Source: Azolla caroliniana (Eukaryota; Plantae; Polypodiophyta). From it: DNA of 64,000 bases. The DNA lies in contig JBHGNT010000008.1 in the NCBI GenBank assembly GCA_043228905.1, positions 62,001 through 126,000 of the forward strand. Reading direction: 5' to 3'. The notes beneath the pieces are model-generated. The model saw nothing but the letters and a program-made list of their open reading frames with translations. It searched no databases and was not told the origin of the DNA. Below are positions 1 through 14,340 of this stretch, piece after piece. Made by a program: the position numbers and the translations under genes. Every line of letters starts with the position of its first letter. Position 1 is the stretch's first letter.

Positions 1-3000
1 TTAGTGTTCAAACATACGAATCGAAGCTAACAAGGCTAGTTATGATATGGAATTAATAAATCAAGGTTTTGAAACTCAGGTCGAGAGATATGAAGAAATT
101 ACAAAATTTGAGGAGGAAGTTGAGAAGAGCGCGTGAGTAAATTAAAATGTTCATACCTGGCCCATGTGATATGGGATTTTAGTGTTCAAACATACGAATC
201 GAAGCTAACAAGGCTAGCTATGATATGGAATTAAAAAATGAAGGTTTTGAAACTCAGGTCGAGAGACATGAAGAAATTAAAAAATTAGAGGAGGGAGTAG
301 GGAAGAGGCCGAGAGTAAATTAAAATGTTCATACCTGGCCCATGTGATATCGGATTTTAGTGTTCAAATATGAGAATCAAAGCTAACAAAGCTAGCTATC
401 ATATGCAATTAAAAAATCAAGATTTTGAAAATCAGGTCGAGAGACATGAAGAAGTTACCAAATTTGAGGAGGGAGTTGAGAAGAGCGCGTGAGTAAATTA
501 AAATGTTCATACCTGGCCCACGTGATATCCGATTTTAGTGTTCAAACATACGAATCGAAGCTAACAAGGCTAGCTATGATATGGAATTAAAAAATCAAGA
601 TTTTGTAACTCAGGTTGAGAGACATGAAGAAATTCCCAAATTAGAGGAGGGAGTAGAGAAGAGCCCGAGAGTAAATTAAAATGTTTAGACCTGGCCCATG
701 TGATATCGGATTTTAGTGTTCAAATATGCGAATCGAAGCTAACAATGCGAGCTATGTAATGGAATTCGAAAATCAAGATTTTGAATTTCAGGTCGAGAGA
801 CATGAAGAAATTCCCGAACTAGAGGAGGGAGTAGATAAGAGCCCGAGAGTAAATTAAAATGTTTAGACTTGGCCCATGTGATATCGGATTTTAGTTTTTA
901 AACATTGGAAGCGAAAATAACAACGCAAGCTATGATATGGAATTAAAAAATCTGGATTTTGAAACTCACGTCGAGAGACATGAAGAAATTACCCAATTTG
1001 AGGAGGGAGTTGAGAAGAGCCCGATCGTAAATTAAAATGTTCATAGCTGGCCCATGTGATATCCGATTTTAGTGTTCAAACATACGATTCGAAGCTAACA
1101 AGGCTAGCTATGATATGGAATTAAAAAATCAAGGTTTTGAAACTCAGGTTGAGAGACATAAAGAAATTCCCAAATTAGAGGAGGGAGTAGAGAGGAGCCC
1201 GAGACTAAATTAAAATGTTCATACCTGGCGCATGTGATATCGGATTTTAGTGTTCAAACATACGAATCGAAGCTAACAAGGCTAGTTATGATATGGAATT
1301 AATAAATCAAGGTTTTGAAACTCAGGTCGAGAGATATGAAGAAATTACAAAATTTGAGGAGGAAGTTGAGAAGAGCGCGTGAGTAAATTAAAATGTTCAT
1401 AGCTGGCCCATGTGATATCGGATTTTAGTGTTCAAACATACGAATTGAAGCTAACAAGGCTAGCTATGATATCGAATTAAAAAATCAAGGTTTTGAAACT
1501 CAGGTCGAGAGACATGAAGAAATTACCAAATCAGAGGAGGGAGTAGAGAAGAGCCCGAGAGTAAATTAAAATGTTCATACCTGGCCCATGTGATATCGGA
1601 TTTTAGTGTTCAAATATGAGAATCGAAGCTAATAAAGGTACCCATGATATGGAATTAAAAAATCAAGATTTTGAATCTCAGGTCGAGAGACATGAAGAAA
1701 TTACCATATTTTAGGAGGGAGTTGAGAAGAGCCCGAGAGTAAATTAAAATGTTCATACCTGGCCCACGTGATATCGGATTTTAGTGTTCAAACATACGAA
1801 TCGAAGCTAACAAGGCTAGCTATGATATGTAATTAAAAAATCAAGGTTTTGAAACTCAGGTCGAGAGACATGAAGAAATTACCAAATTAGAGGAGGGAGT
1901 AGAGAAGAGGCCGAGAGTAAATTAAAATGGTCATACCTGGCCCATGTAATATCGGATTTTAGTGTTCAAATATGAGAATCGAAGCTAACAAAGGTACCTA
2001 TGATATGGAATTAGAAAATCAAGATTTTGAAACTCAGGTCGAGAGACATGCAGAAATTACCCAATTTGAGGAGGGAGTTGAGAAGAGCCCGAGAGTAAAT
2101 TAAAATGTTCATACCTGGTCCATGTGATATCGGATTTTAGTGTTCAAACATACGAATTGAAGCTAACAAGGCTAGCTATGATATCGAATTAAAAAATCAA
2201 GGTTTTGAAACTCAGGTCGAGAGACATGAAGAAATTACCAAATTAGAGGAGGGAGTAGAGAAGATCCCGAGAGTAAGTTAAAATGTTCATACCTGGCCCA
2301 CGTGATATCGGATTTTAGTGTTCAAACATACGAATCGAAGCTAACAATGGGAGCTATGTTATGGATTTCGAAAATCAAGATTTTGAAACTCAGGTCAAGA
2401 GACATGAAGAAATTCCCGAATTAGAGGAGAGAATAGAGAAGAGGCCGAGAGTAAATTAAAATGGTCATACCTCGCCCATGTGATATCGGATTTTAGTGTT
2501 TAAATATGAGAATCGAAGCTAACAAAGGTACCCATGATATGGAATTAAAAAATCAAGATTTTGAATCTCAGGTCGAGAGACATGACGAAATTACCCAATT
2601 TGAGGAGGGAGTTGAGAAGAGCCCGAGAGTACATTAAAATATTCATACCTGGCCCACGTGATATCGGATTTTAGTGTTCAAACAAACAATTCGAAGCTAA
2701 CAAGGCTAGCTATGATATGGAATTAAAAAATCAAGCTTTTGAAACTCAGGTCGAGAGACATGAAGAAATTACCAAATTAGAGGAGGGAGTAGAGAAGAGG
2801 CCGAGAGTAAATTAAAATGGTCATACCTGGCCCATGTGATATTCGATTTTAGTGTTCAAATATGAGAATCGAAGATAACAAAGGTACCTATGATATGGAG
2901 TTAAAAAATCAAGATTTTGAAACTCAGGTCGAGAGACATGAAGAAATTACCCAATTTGAGGAGGGAATTGAGAAGAGCCCGAGAGTAAATTAAAATGTTC

Positions 3001-6000
3001 ATACCTGGTCCATGTGATATCGGATTTTAGTGTTCAAACATACGAATTGAAGCGAACAAGGCTAGCTATGATATCGAATTAAAATATCAAGGTTTTGAAA
3101 CTCAGGTCGAGAGACATGAAGAAATTACCAAATTAGAGGAGGGAGTAGAGAAGAGCCCGAGAGTAAATTAAAATGTTCATACCTGGCCCATGTGATATCG
3201 GATTTTAGTGTTCAAATATGCGAATCAAAGCTAACAATGCGAGCTATGTAATGGAATTCGAAAATCAAGATTTTGAATTTCAGGTCGAGAGACATGAAGA
3301 AATTCCCGAACTAGAGGAGGGAGTAGATTAGAGCCCGAGAGTAAATTAAAATGTTTAGACTTGGCCCATGTGATATCGGATTTTAGTGTTTAAACATTGG
3401 AATCGAAAATAACAACGCAAGCTATGATATGGAATTAAAAAACCTGGATTTTGAAACTCACGTCGAGAGACATGAAGAAATTACCCAATTTGAGGAGGGA
3501 GTTGAGAAGAGCCCGATCGTAAAGTAAAATGTTCATAGCTGGCCCATGTGATATCCGATTTTAGTGTTCAAACATACGATTCGAAGCTAACAAGGCTAGC
3601 TATGATATGGAATTAAAAAATCAAGGTTTTGAAACTCAGGTTGAGAGACATAAAGAAATTCCCAAATTAGAGGAGGGAGTAGAGAAGACCCCAGAGTAAA
3701 TTAAAATGTTTAGACCTGGCCCATGTGATATCGGATTTTCGTGTTCAAATATGCGAATCGAAGCTAACAATGCGAGCTATAATATCGAATTAAAAAATCA
3801 AGATTTTGAATTTCAGGTCGAGAGACATGAAGAAATTCCCGAATTAGAGGAGGGAGTAGAGAAGAGCCCAAGAGTAAATTAAAATGTTTAGACTTGGCCA
3901 ATGTGATATCGGATTTTAGTGTTTAAACATTGGAATCGAAGCTAACAACGCAAGCTATGATATGGAATTAAAAAATCAAGATTTTGAAACTCACGTCGAG
4001 AGACATGAAGAAATTACCCAATTTGAGGAGGGAGTTGAGAAGAGCCCGAGAGTAAATTAAAATGTTTAGACCTGGCCCATGTGATATCGGATTTTAGTGT
4101 TCAAACATACGAATCGAAGCTAACAAGGCTAGCTATGATATCGAATTAAAAAATCAAACTCTTAAAACTCACGTCGAGAGACATGAAGAAATTACTAAAT
4201 TTGAGGAGGGAGTTGAGAAGAGCCCGAGAGTAAATTAAAATGTTCATACCTGCCCATGTGATATCGGATTTTAGTGTTCAAACATGCGAATCGAGGCTAA
4301 CAACGCTAGCTATGACATGGAATGAAAATATCAAGATTTTGGAATTTGCAAATTAGAGGAGGGAGTAGATAAGAGCCCGAGAGTAAATTAAAATGTTTAG
4401 ACCTGGCCCATGTGATATCGGATTTTAGTGTTTAAACATGCGAATCGAAGCTAACAAGGCTAGCTATGATATGGAATTAAAAAATCAAGATTTTGTAACT
4501 CAGGTTGAGAGACATGAAGAAATTCCCAAATTAGAGGAGGGAGTAGAGAAGAGCCCGAGAGTAAATTAAAATGTTTAGACTTGGCCAATGTGATATCGGA
4601 TTTGAGTGTTTAAACATGCGAATGGAAGCTAACAAAGCTACCTATGATATGGAATAAAAAATCAAGATTTTCAAACTCACGTCGAGAGACATGAAGAAAT
4701 TACCAAATTTGAGGAGGGAGTTGAGAAGAGCCCGATCATAAATTAAAATGTTCATAGCTGGCCCATGTGATATCCGATTTTAGTGTTCAAACATACGATT
4801 CGAAGCTAACAAGGCTAGCTATGATATGGAATTAAAAAATCAAGGTTTTGAAACTCAGGTTGAGAGACATAAAGAAATTCCCAAATTAGAGGAGGGAGTA
4901 GAGAGGAGCCCGAGAGTAAATTAAAATGTTCATACCTGGCGCATGTGATATCGGATTTTAGTGTTCAAACATACGAATCGAAGCTAACAAGGCTAGTTAT
5001 GATATGGAATTAATAAATCAAGGTTTTGAAACTCAGGTCGAGAGATATGAAGAAATTACAAAATTTGAGGAGGAAGTTGAGAAGAGCGCGTGAGTAAATT
5101 AAAATGTTCATACCTGGCCCATGTGATATGGGATTTTAGTGTTCAAACATACGAATCAAAGCTAACAAGGCTAGCTATGATATCGAATTCATAAATCAAG
5201 ATTTTGAAACTCAGGTCGAGAGACATGAAGAAATTAAAAAATTAGAGGAGGGAGTAGGGAAGAGGCCGAGAGTAAATTAAAATGTTCATACCTGGCCCAT
5301 GTGATATCGGATTTTAGTGTTCAAATATGAGAATCAAAGCTAACAAAGCTAGCTATCATATGCAATTAAAAAATCAAGATTTTGAAAATCAGGTCGAGAG
5401 ACATGAAGAAGTTACCAAATTTGAGGAGGGAGTTGAGAAGAGCGCGTGAGTAAATTAAAATGTTCATACCTGGCCCATGCGATATCCGATTTTAGTGTTC
5501 AAACATACGAATCGAAGCTAACAAGGCTAGCTATGATATGGAATTAAAAAATCAAGATTTTGTAACTCAGGTTGAGAGACATGAAGAAATTCCCAAATTA
5601 GAGGAGGGAGTAGAGAAGAGCCCGAGAGTAAATTAAAATGTTTAGACTTGGCCAATGTGATATCGGATTTGAGTGTTTAAACATGCGAATGGAAGCTAAC
5701 AAAGCTACCTATGATATGGAATAAAAAATCAAGATTTTCAAACTCACGTCGAGAGACATGAAGAAATTACCAAATTTGAGGAGGGAGTTGAGAAGAGCGC
5801 GTGAGTAAATTAAAATGTTCATACCTGGCCCATGTGATATAAGATTTTAGTGTTCAAACATGCAAATCGAAGCTAAAAAGGCTAGCTATGATATCGAATT
5901 AAAAAATCAAGGTTTTGAAACTCAGGTCGAGAGACATGAAGAAATTACCCAATTTGAGGAGGGAGTTGAGAAGAGCCCGATCATAAATTAAAATGTTCAT

Positions 6001-8639
6001 AGCTGGCCCATGTGATATCCGATTTTAGTGTTCAAACATACGATTCGAAGCTAACAAGGCTAGCTATGATATGGAATTAAAAAATCAAGGTTTTGAAACT
6101 CAGGTTGAGAGACATAAAGAAATTACCAAATTAGAGGAGGGAGTAGAGAGGAGCCCGAGAGTAAATTAAAATGTTCATACCTGGCGCATGTGATATCGGA
6201 TTTTAGTGTTCAAACATACGAATCGAAGCTAACAAGGCTAGTTATGATATCGAATTCATAAATCAAGGTTTTGAAACTCAGGTCGAGAGATATGAAGAAA
6301 TTACAAAATTTGAGGAGGAAGTTGAGAAGAGCGCGTGAGTAAATTAAAATGTTCATACCTGGCCCATGTGATATGGGATTTTAGTGTTCAAACATACGAA
6401 TCAAAGCTAACAAGGCTAGCTATGATATGGAATTAAAAAATGAAGGTTTTGAAACTCAGGTCGAGAGACATGAAGAAATTAAAAAATTAGAGGAGGGAGT
6501 AGGGAAGAGGCCGAGAGTAAATTAAAATGTTCATACCTGGCCCATGTGATATCGGATTTTAGTGTTCAAATATGAGAATCAAAGCTAACAAAGCTAGCTA
6601 TCATATGCAATTAAAAAATCAAGATTTTAAAAATCAGGTCGAGAGACATGAAGAAATTACCATATTTGAGGAGGGAGTTGAGAAGAGCCCGAGAGTAAAT
6701 TAAAATGTTCATACCTGGCCCACGTGATATCGGATTTTAGTGTTCAAACATACGAATCGATGCTAACAAGGGTAGCTATGATATGTAATTAAAAAATCAA
6801 GGTTTTGAAACTCAGGTCGAGAGACATGAAGAAATTACCAAATTAGAGGAGGGAGTAGAGAAGAGGCCGAGAGTAAATTCAAATGGTCATACCTGGCCCA
6901 TGTGATATCCGATTTTAGTGTTCAAACATTTGAATTGAATCTAACAAGGCTAGCTATGATATGGAATTAAAAAATCTAGGTTTTGAAACTCAGGTCGAGA
7001 GACATGAAGAAATTGCCAAATTAGAGGAGGGAGTAGAGAAGAGCCCGAGAGTAAATTAAAATGTTTAGACTTGGCCAATGTGATATCGGATTTGAGTGTT
7101 TAAAAATGCGAATGGAAGCTAACAAAGCTACCTATGATATGGAATAAAAAATCAAGATTTCAAACTCACGTCGAGAGACATGAAGAAATTACCAAATTTG
7201 AGGAGGGAGTTCAGAAGAGCGCGTGAGTAAATTAAAATGTTCATACCTGGCCCATGTGATATAAGATTTTAGTGTTCAAACATGCGAATCGAAGCTAACA
7301 AGGCTAGCTATGATATCGAATTAAAAAATCAAGGTTTTGAAACTCAGGTCGAGAGACATGAAGAAATTACCCAATTTGAGGAGGAAGTTGAGAAGAGCCC
7401 GATCATAAATTAAAATGTTCATACCTGGCCCATGTGATATCCGATTTTAGTGTTCAAACATACGATTCGAAGCTAACAAGGCTAGCTATGATATGGAATT
7501 AAAAAATCAAGGTTTTAAAACTTTAGGTTGAGAGATATAAAGAAATTCCCAAATTAGAGGATGGAGTAGAGAGGAGCCCGAGACTAAATTAAAATGTTCA
7601 TACCTGGCGCATGTGATATCGGATTTTAGTGTTCAAACATACGAATCGAAGCTAACAAGGCTAGTTATGATATGGAATTAATAAATCAAGGTTTTGAAAC
7701 TCAGGTCGAGAGATATGAAGAAATTACAAAATTTGAGGAGGAAGTTGAGAAGAGCGCGTGAGTAAATTAAAATGTTCATACCTGGCCCATGTGATATGGG
7801 ATTTTAGTGTTCAAACATACGAATCAAAGCTAACAAGGCTAGCTATGATATGGAATTAAAAAATGAAGGTTTTGAAACTCAGGTCGAGAGACATGAAGAA
7901 ATTAAAAAATTAGAGGAGGGAGTAGGGAAGAGGCCGAGAGTAAATTAAAATGTTCATACCTGGCCCATGTGATATCGGATTTTAGTGTTCAAATATGAGA
8001 ATCAAAGCTAACAAAGCTAGCTATTATATGCAATTAAAAAATCAAGATTTTGAATCTCAGGTCGAGAGACATGACGAAATTACCCAATTTGAGGAGGGAG
8101 TAGAGAGGAGCCCGAGAGTAAATTAAAATGTTCATACCTGGCGCATGATATGGAATTAAAAAATCAAGATTTTGAATCTCAGGTCGAGAGACATGACGAA
8201 ATTACCCAATTTGAGGAGGGAGTAGAGAGGAGCCCGAGAGTAAATTAAAATGTTCATACCTGGCCCACGTGATATCGGATTTTAGTGTTCAAACATACGA
8301 ATCGAAGCTAACAAGGCTAGCTATGATATGTAATTAAAAAATCAAGGTTTTGAAACTCAGGTCGAGAGACATGAAGAAATTACCAAATTAGAGGAGGGAG
8401 TAGAGAAGAGGCCGAGAGTAAATTAAAATGGTCATACCTGGCCCATGTAATATCGGATTTTAGTGTTCAAATATGAGAATCGAAGCTAACAAAGGGACCT
8501 ATGATATGGAATTAGAAAATCAAGATTTTGAAACTCAGGTCGAGAGACATGCAGAAATTACCCAATTTGAGGAGGGAGTTGAGAAGAGCCCGAGAGTAAA
8601 TTAAAATGTTCATACCTGGTCCATGTGATATCGGATTTT

Positions 8640-10050
8640 AGTGTTCAAACATACGAATTGAAGCTAACAAGGCTAGCTATGATATCGAATTAAAAAATCA
8701 AGGTTTTGAAACTCAGGTCGAGAGACATGAAGAAATTACCAAATTAGAGGAGGGAGTAGAGAAGAGCCCGAGAGTAAATTAAAATGTTCATACCTGGCCC
8801 ATGTGATATCGGATTTTAGTGTTCAAATATGAGAATCGAAGCTAATAAAGGTACCCATGATATGGAATTAAAAAATCAAGATTTTGAATCTCAGGTCGAG
8901 AGACATGAAGAAATTACCATATTTTAGGAGGGAGTTGAGAAGAGCCCGAGAGTAAATTAAAATGTTCATACCTGGCCCACGTGATATCGGATTTTAGTGT
9001 TCAAACATACGAATCGAAGCTAACAAGGCTAGCTATGATATGTAATTAAAAAATCAAGGTTTTGAAACTCAGGTCGAGAGACATGAAGAAATTACCAAAT
9101 TAGAGGAGGGAGTAGAGAAGAGGCCGAGAGTAAATTAAAATGGTCATACCTGGCCCATGTAATATCGGATTTTAGTGTTCAAATATGAGAATCGAAGCTA
9201 ACAAAGGTACCTATGATATGGAATTAGAAAATCAAGATTTTGAAACTCAGGTCGAGAGACATGCAGAAATTACCCAATTTGAGGAGGGAGTTGAGAAGAG
9301 CCCGAGAGTAAATTAAAATGTTCATACCTGGTCCATGTGATATCGGATTTTAGTGTTCAAACATACGAATTGAAGCTAACAAGGCTAGCTATGATATCGA
9401 ATTAAAAAATCAAGGTTTTGAAACTCAGGTCGAGAGACATGAAGAAATTACCAAATTAGAGGAGGGAGTAGAGAAGATCCCGAGAGTAAGTTAAAATGTT
9501 CATACCTGGCCCACGTGATATCGGATTTTAGTGTTCAAACATACGAATCGAAGCTAACAATGGGAGCTATGTTATGGATTTCGAAAATCAAGATTTTGAA
9601 ACTCAGGTCAAGAGACATGAAGAAATTCCCGAATTAGAGGAGAGAGTAGAGAAGAGGCCGAGAGTAAATTAAAATGGTCATACCTCGCCCATGTGATATC
9701 GGATTTTAGTGTTTAAATATGAGAATCGAAGCTAACAAAGGTACCCATGATATGGAATTAAAAAATCAAGATTTTGAATCTCAGGTCGAGAGACATGACG
9801 AAATTACCCAATTTGAGGAGGGAGTTGAGAAGAGCCCGAGAGTACATTAAAATATTCATACCTGGCCCACGTGATATCGGATTTTAGTGTTCAAACAAAC
9901 AATTCGAAGCTAACAAGGCTAGCTATGATATGGAATTAAAAAATCAAGCTTTTGAAACTCAGGTCGAGAGACATGAAGAAATTACCAAATTAGAGGAGGG
10001 AGTAGAGAAGAGGCCGAGAGTAAATTAAAATGGTCATACCTGGCCCATGT
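8640..10050 (+). repeat. ~1.4-kb (8-monomer) duplicate of ~1430-2835
   Basis: Rare variants recur at offset 7213: AAGATCCCGAGAGTAAGTT at 2261/9474 and CAAACAAACAATTCG at 2679/9892. Also shared are AATGGGAGCTATGTT, CCTCGCCC and GTACATTAAAATATTC. Confidence 0.85.
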
Positions 10051-13000
10051 GATATCGGATTTTAGTGTTCAAACATTTGAATTGAAGCTAATAAAGGTAC
10101 CCATGATATGGAATTAAAAAATCAAGATTTTGAATCTCAGGTCGAGAGACATGAAGAAATTACCATATTTTAGGAGGGAGTTGAGAAGAGCCCGAGAGTA
10201 AATTAAAATGTTCATACCTGGCCCACGTGATATCGGATTTTAGTGTTCAAACATACGAATCGAAGCTAACAAGGCTAGCTATGATATGTAATTAAAAAAT
10301 CAAGGTTTTGAAACTCAGGTCGAGAGACATGAAGAAATTACCAAATTAGAGGAGGGAGTAGAGAAGAGCCCGAGAGTAAATTAAAATGTTCATACCTGGC
10401 CCATGTGATATCGGATTTTAGTGTTCAAATATGCGAATCGAAGCTAACAAAGGTACCTATGATATGGAATTAGAAAATCAAGGTTTTGAAACTCAGGTCG
10501 AGAGACATGAAGAAATTACCCAATTTGAGGAGGGAGTTGAGAAGAGCCCGATCGTAAATTAATATGTTCATAGCTGGCCCATGTGATATCCGATTTTAGT
10601 GTTCAAACATACGATTCGAAGCTAACAAGGCTAGCTATGATATGGAATTAAAAAATCAAGGTTTTGAAACTCAGGTTGAGAGACATAAAGAAATTCCCAA
10701 ATTAGAGGAGGGAGTAGAGAAGAGCCCGAGAGTAAATTAAAATGTTTAGACCTGGCCCATGTGATATCGGATTTTCGTGTTCAAATATGAGAATCGAAGC
10801 TAACAATGCGAGCTATGATATCGAATTAAAAAATCAAGATTTTGAATTTCAGGTCGAGAGACATGAAGAAATTCCCGAATTAGAGGAGGGAGTAGAGAAG
10901 AGCCCAAGAGTAAATTAAAATGTTTAGACTTGGCCAATGTGATATCGGATTTTAGTGTTTAAACATTGGAATCGAAGCTAACAACGCAAGCTATGATATG
11001 GAATTAAAAAATCAAGATTTTGAAACTCACGTCGAGAGACATGAAGAAATTACCCAATTTGAGGAGGGAGTTGAGAAGAGCCCGAGAGTAAATTAAAATG
11101 TTTAGACCTGGCCCATGTGATATCGGATTTTAGTGTTCAAACATACGAATCGAAGCTAACAAGGCTAGCTATGATATCGAATTAAAAAATCAAGCTCTTA
11201 AAACTCACGTCGAGAGACATGAAGAAATTACTAAATTTGAGGAGGGAGTTGAGAAGAGCCCGAGAGTAAATTAAAATGTTCATACCTGCCCATGTGATAT
11301 CGGATTTTAGTGTTCAAACATGCGAATCGAGGCTAACAACGCTAGCTATGACATGGAATGAAAAAATCAAGATTTTGGAATTTGCAAATTAGAGGAGGGA
11401 GTAGATAAGAGCCCGAGAGTAAATTAAAATGTTTAGACCTGGCCCATGTGATATCGGATTTTAGTGTTTAAACATGCGAATCGAAGCTAACAAAGGTACC
11501 TATGATATGCAATTAAAAAATCAAGATTTTGGAACTCAGGTCGAGAGATATGACAAAATTACCAAATTTGAGGAGGGAGTTGAGAAGAGCGCGTGAGTAA
11601 ATTAAAATATTCAAACCTGGCCCATGTGATATAGAATTTTAGTGTTCAAACATGAGAATCGAAGCTAACAACGCAAGCTATGATATGGAATTCCCAAATT
11701 AGAGGAGGGAGTAGAGAAGAGCCCGAGAGTAAATTAAAATGTTTAGACCTAGCCCATGTGATATCGGATTTTACTATTTAAACATGCAAATCGAAGCTAG
11801 CAAAGCTAGCTATGATATGAAATTAAAAAATCAAGATTTACAAACTCAGGTCGAGAGATATTAAGAAATTACCAAATTAGAGGAGGGAGTAGAGAGGAGC
11901 CCGAGAGTAAATTAAAATGTTCATACCTGGCCCATGTGATATCGGATTTTAGTGTTCAAATATGCGAATCGAAGCTAACAAAGGTACCTATGATATGGAA
12001 TTAAAAAATCAAGCTTCTAAAATCAAGTCGAGAGACATGAAGAAATTACCAAATTAGAGGAGGGAGTTGAGAAGAGCGCGTGAGTAAATTAAAATGTTTA
12101 TACGTGGCCCATGTGATATCGGATTTTAGTGTTCAAATATGCGAATCGAAGCTAACAAAGGTACCTATGATATGGAATTAAAAAATCAAGCTTCTGAAAA
12201 TCAGGTCGAGAGACATGAAGAAATTACCAAATTAGAGGAGGGAGTTGAGAAGAGCGCGTGAGTAAATTAAAATGTTCATACCTGGCCCATCTGATATCGG
12301 ATTTTAGTGTTCAAATATGCGAATCGAAGCTAACAAAGGTACCTCTGACAGGAGGGAGTAGAGAGGAGCCCGACAGTAAATTAAAATGTTCATACCTGGC
12401 CCATGTGATATCGGATTTTAGTGTTTAAATATGCGAATGGAAGCTAACAATACGAGCTATGTTATGGAATTAAAAAATCAAGATTTTGAAACTCAGGTCG
12501 AGAGACATGAAGCAATTCCCAAATTAGAGGAGGGAGTAGAGAAGAGGCCGAGAGTAAATTAAAATGTTCATACCTGGCCCATGTGATATCGGATTTTAGT
12601 GTTCAAATATAAGAATCGAAGCTAACAAAGGTACCTATGATATGGAATTAAAAAATCAAGATTTTGAAACTCAGGTCGAGAGACATGAAGACATCCCCAA
12701 ATTAGAGGAGGGAGTAGAGAGGAGCCCGAAAGTAAATTAAAATGTTCATACCTGGCCCATGTCATATCGGATATTAGTGTTCAAATATGCGAATCGAAGC
12801 TAACAAAGGTACCCATGATATGGAATTAAAAAATCAAGATTTTGAATCTCAGGTCGAGAGACATGACGAAATTACCCAATTTGAGGAGGGAGTTGAGAAG
12901 AGCCCGAGAGTACATTAAAATATTCATACCTGGCCCACGTGATATCGGATTTTAGTGTTCAAACAAACAATTCGAAGCTAACAAGGCTAGCTATGATATG

Positions 13001-13649
13001 GAATTAAAAAATCAAGCTTTTGAAACTCAGGTCGAGAGACATGAAGAAATTACCAAATTAGAGGAGGGAGTAGAGAAGAGGCCGAGAGTAAATTAAAATG
13101 GTCATACCTGGCCCATGTGATATCGGATTTTAGTGTTTAAATATGAGAATCGAAGCTAACAAAGGTACCCATGATATGGAATTAAAAAATCAAGATTTTG
13201 AATCTCAGGTCGAGAGACATGACGAAATTACCCAAATTTGAGGAGGGAGTTGAGAAGAGCCCGAGAATAAATTAAAATGTTCATACCTGGCCCATGTGAT
13301 ATCCGATTTTAGTGTTCAAACATACGAATTGAAGCTAACAAGGCTAGCTATGATATCGAATTAAAAAATCAAGGTTTTGAAACTCAGGTCGAGAGACATG
13401 AAGCAATTACAAAATTAGGGGAGGGAGTAGAGAAGAGGCCGAGAGTAAATTAAAATGTTCATACCTGGCCCATGTGATATCGGATTTTAGTGTTCAAATA
13501 TGAGAATCGAAGCTAACAAAGGTACCCATGATATGGAATTAAAAAATCAAGATTTTGAATCTCAGGTCGAGAGACATGAAGACATTCCCAAATTAGAGGA
13601 GGGAGTAGAGAGGAGCCCGAGAGTAAATTAAAATGTTCATACCTGGCCC

Positions 13650-14340
13650 ATGTGATATCGGATATTAGTGTGCAAATATGCGAATCGAAGCTAACAAAGG
13701 TACCTATGATATGGAATTAAAAAATCAAGATTTTGAAACTCAGGTCGAGAGACATGAAGACATTCCCAAATTAGAGGAGGGAGTAGAGAGGAGCCCGATA
13801 GTAAATTACAATGTTCATACCTGGCCCATGTGATATCGGATTTTAGTGTTCAAATATGCGAATCGAAGCTAACAAAGGTACCTATGATATGGAATAAAAA
13901 AATCAAGGTTCTTAAACTCAGGTCGAGAGACATGAAGAAATTACCAAATTAGAGGAGGGAGTTGAGAAGAGCCCGAGAGTAAATTAAAATGTTCATACCT
14001 GGCCCATGTGATATCGGATATTAGTGTTCAAATATGCGAATCGAAGCTAACAAAGGTACCTATGATATGGAATTAAAAAATCAAGATTTTGAAACTCAGG
14101 TCGAGAGACATGAAGACATTCCCAAATTAGAGGAGGGAGTAGAGAGGAGCCCGATAGTAAATTAAAATGTTCATACCTGGCCCATGTGATATCGGATTTT
14201 AGTGTTCAAATATGCGAATCGAAGCTAACAAAGGTACCTATGATATGGAATAAAAAAATCAAGGTTCTTAAACTCAGGTCGAGAGACATGAAGAAATTAC
14301 CAAATTAGAGGAGGGAGTTGAGAAGAGCCCGAGAGTAAAT
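13650..14340 (+). repeat. 356-bp dimer HOR, 2 copies
   Basis: GGATATTAG, GCCCGATAGTAAA (13793/14149) and GGTTCTTAAACT (13907/14263) recur at offset 356. Confidence 0.8.

Noticed and set aside
519-526. CACGTG G-box and short palindromes (GATATC, TCGA, GCTAGC, GGTACC) as regulatory sites
   Set aside because: These are single-base variants or short motifs expected by chance inside a satellite, and there is no gene nearby.
640-665. Purine tract AGAGGAGGGAGTAGAGAAGAG as a retrotransposon PPT or G-quadruplex
   Set aside because: There is no adjacent LTR start, PBS or coding sequence, and too few G-runs for a canonical G4. It is simply part of each monomer.
7515-7530. TTTAGG at ~7522 as a third telomeric insertion
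   Set aside because: It is explained by C>T (CTCAGG to CTTAGG, also seen at ~17359 and ~38225) plus a 1-bp T slip, and it is less than one full repeat.
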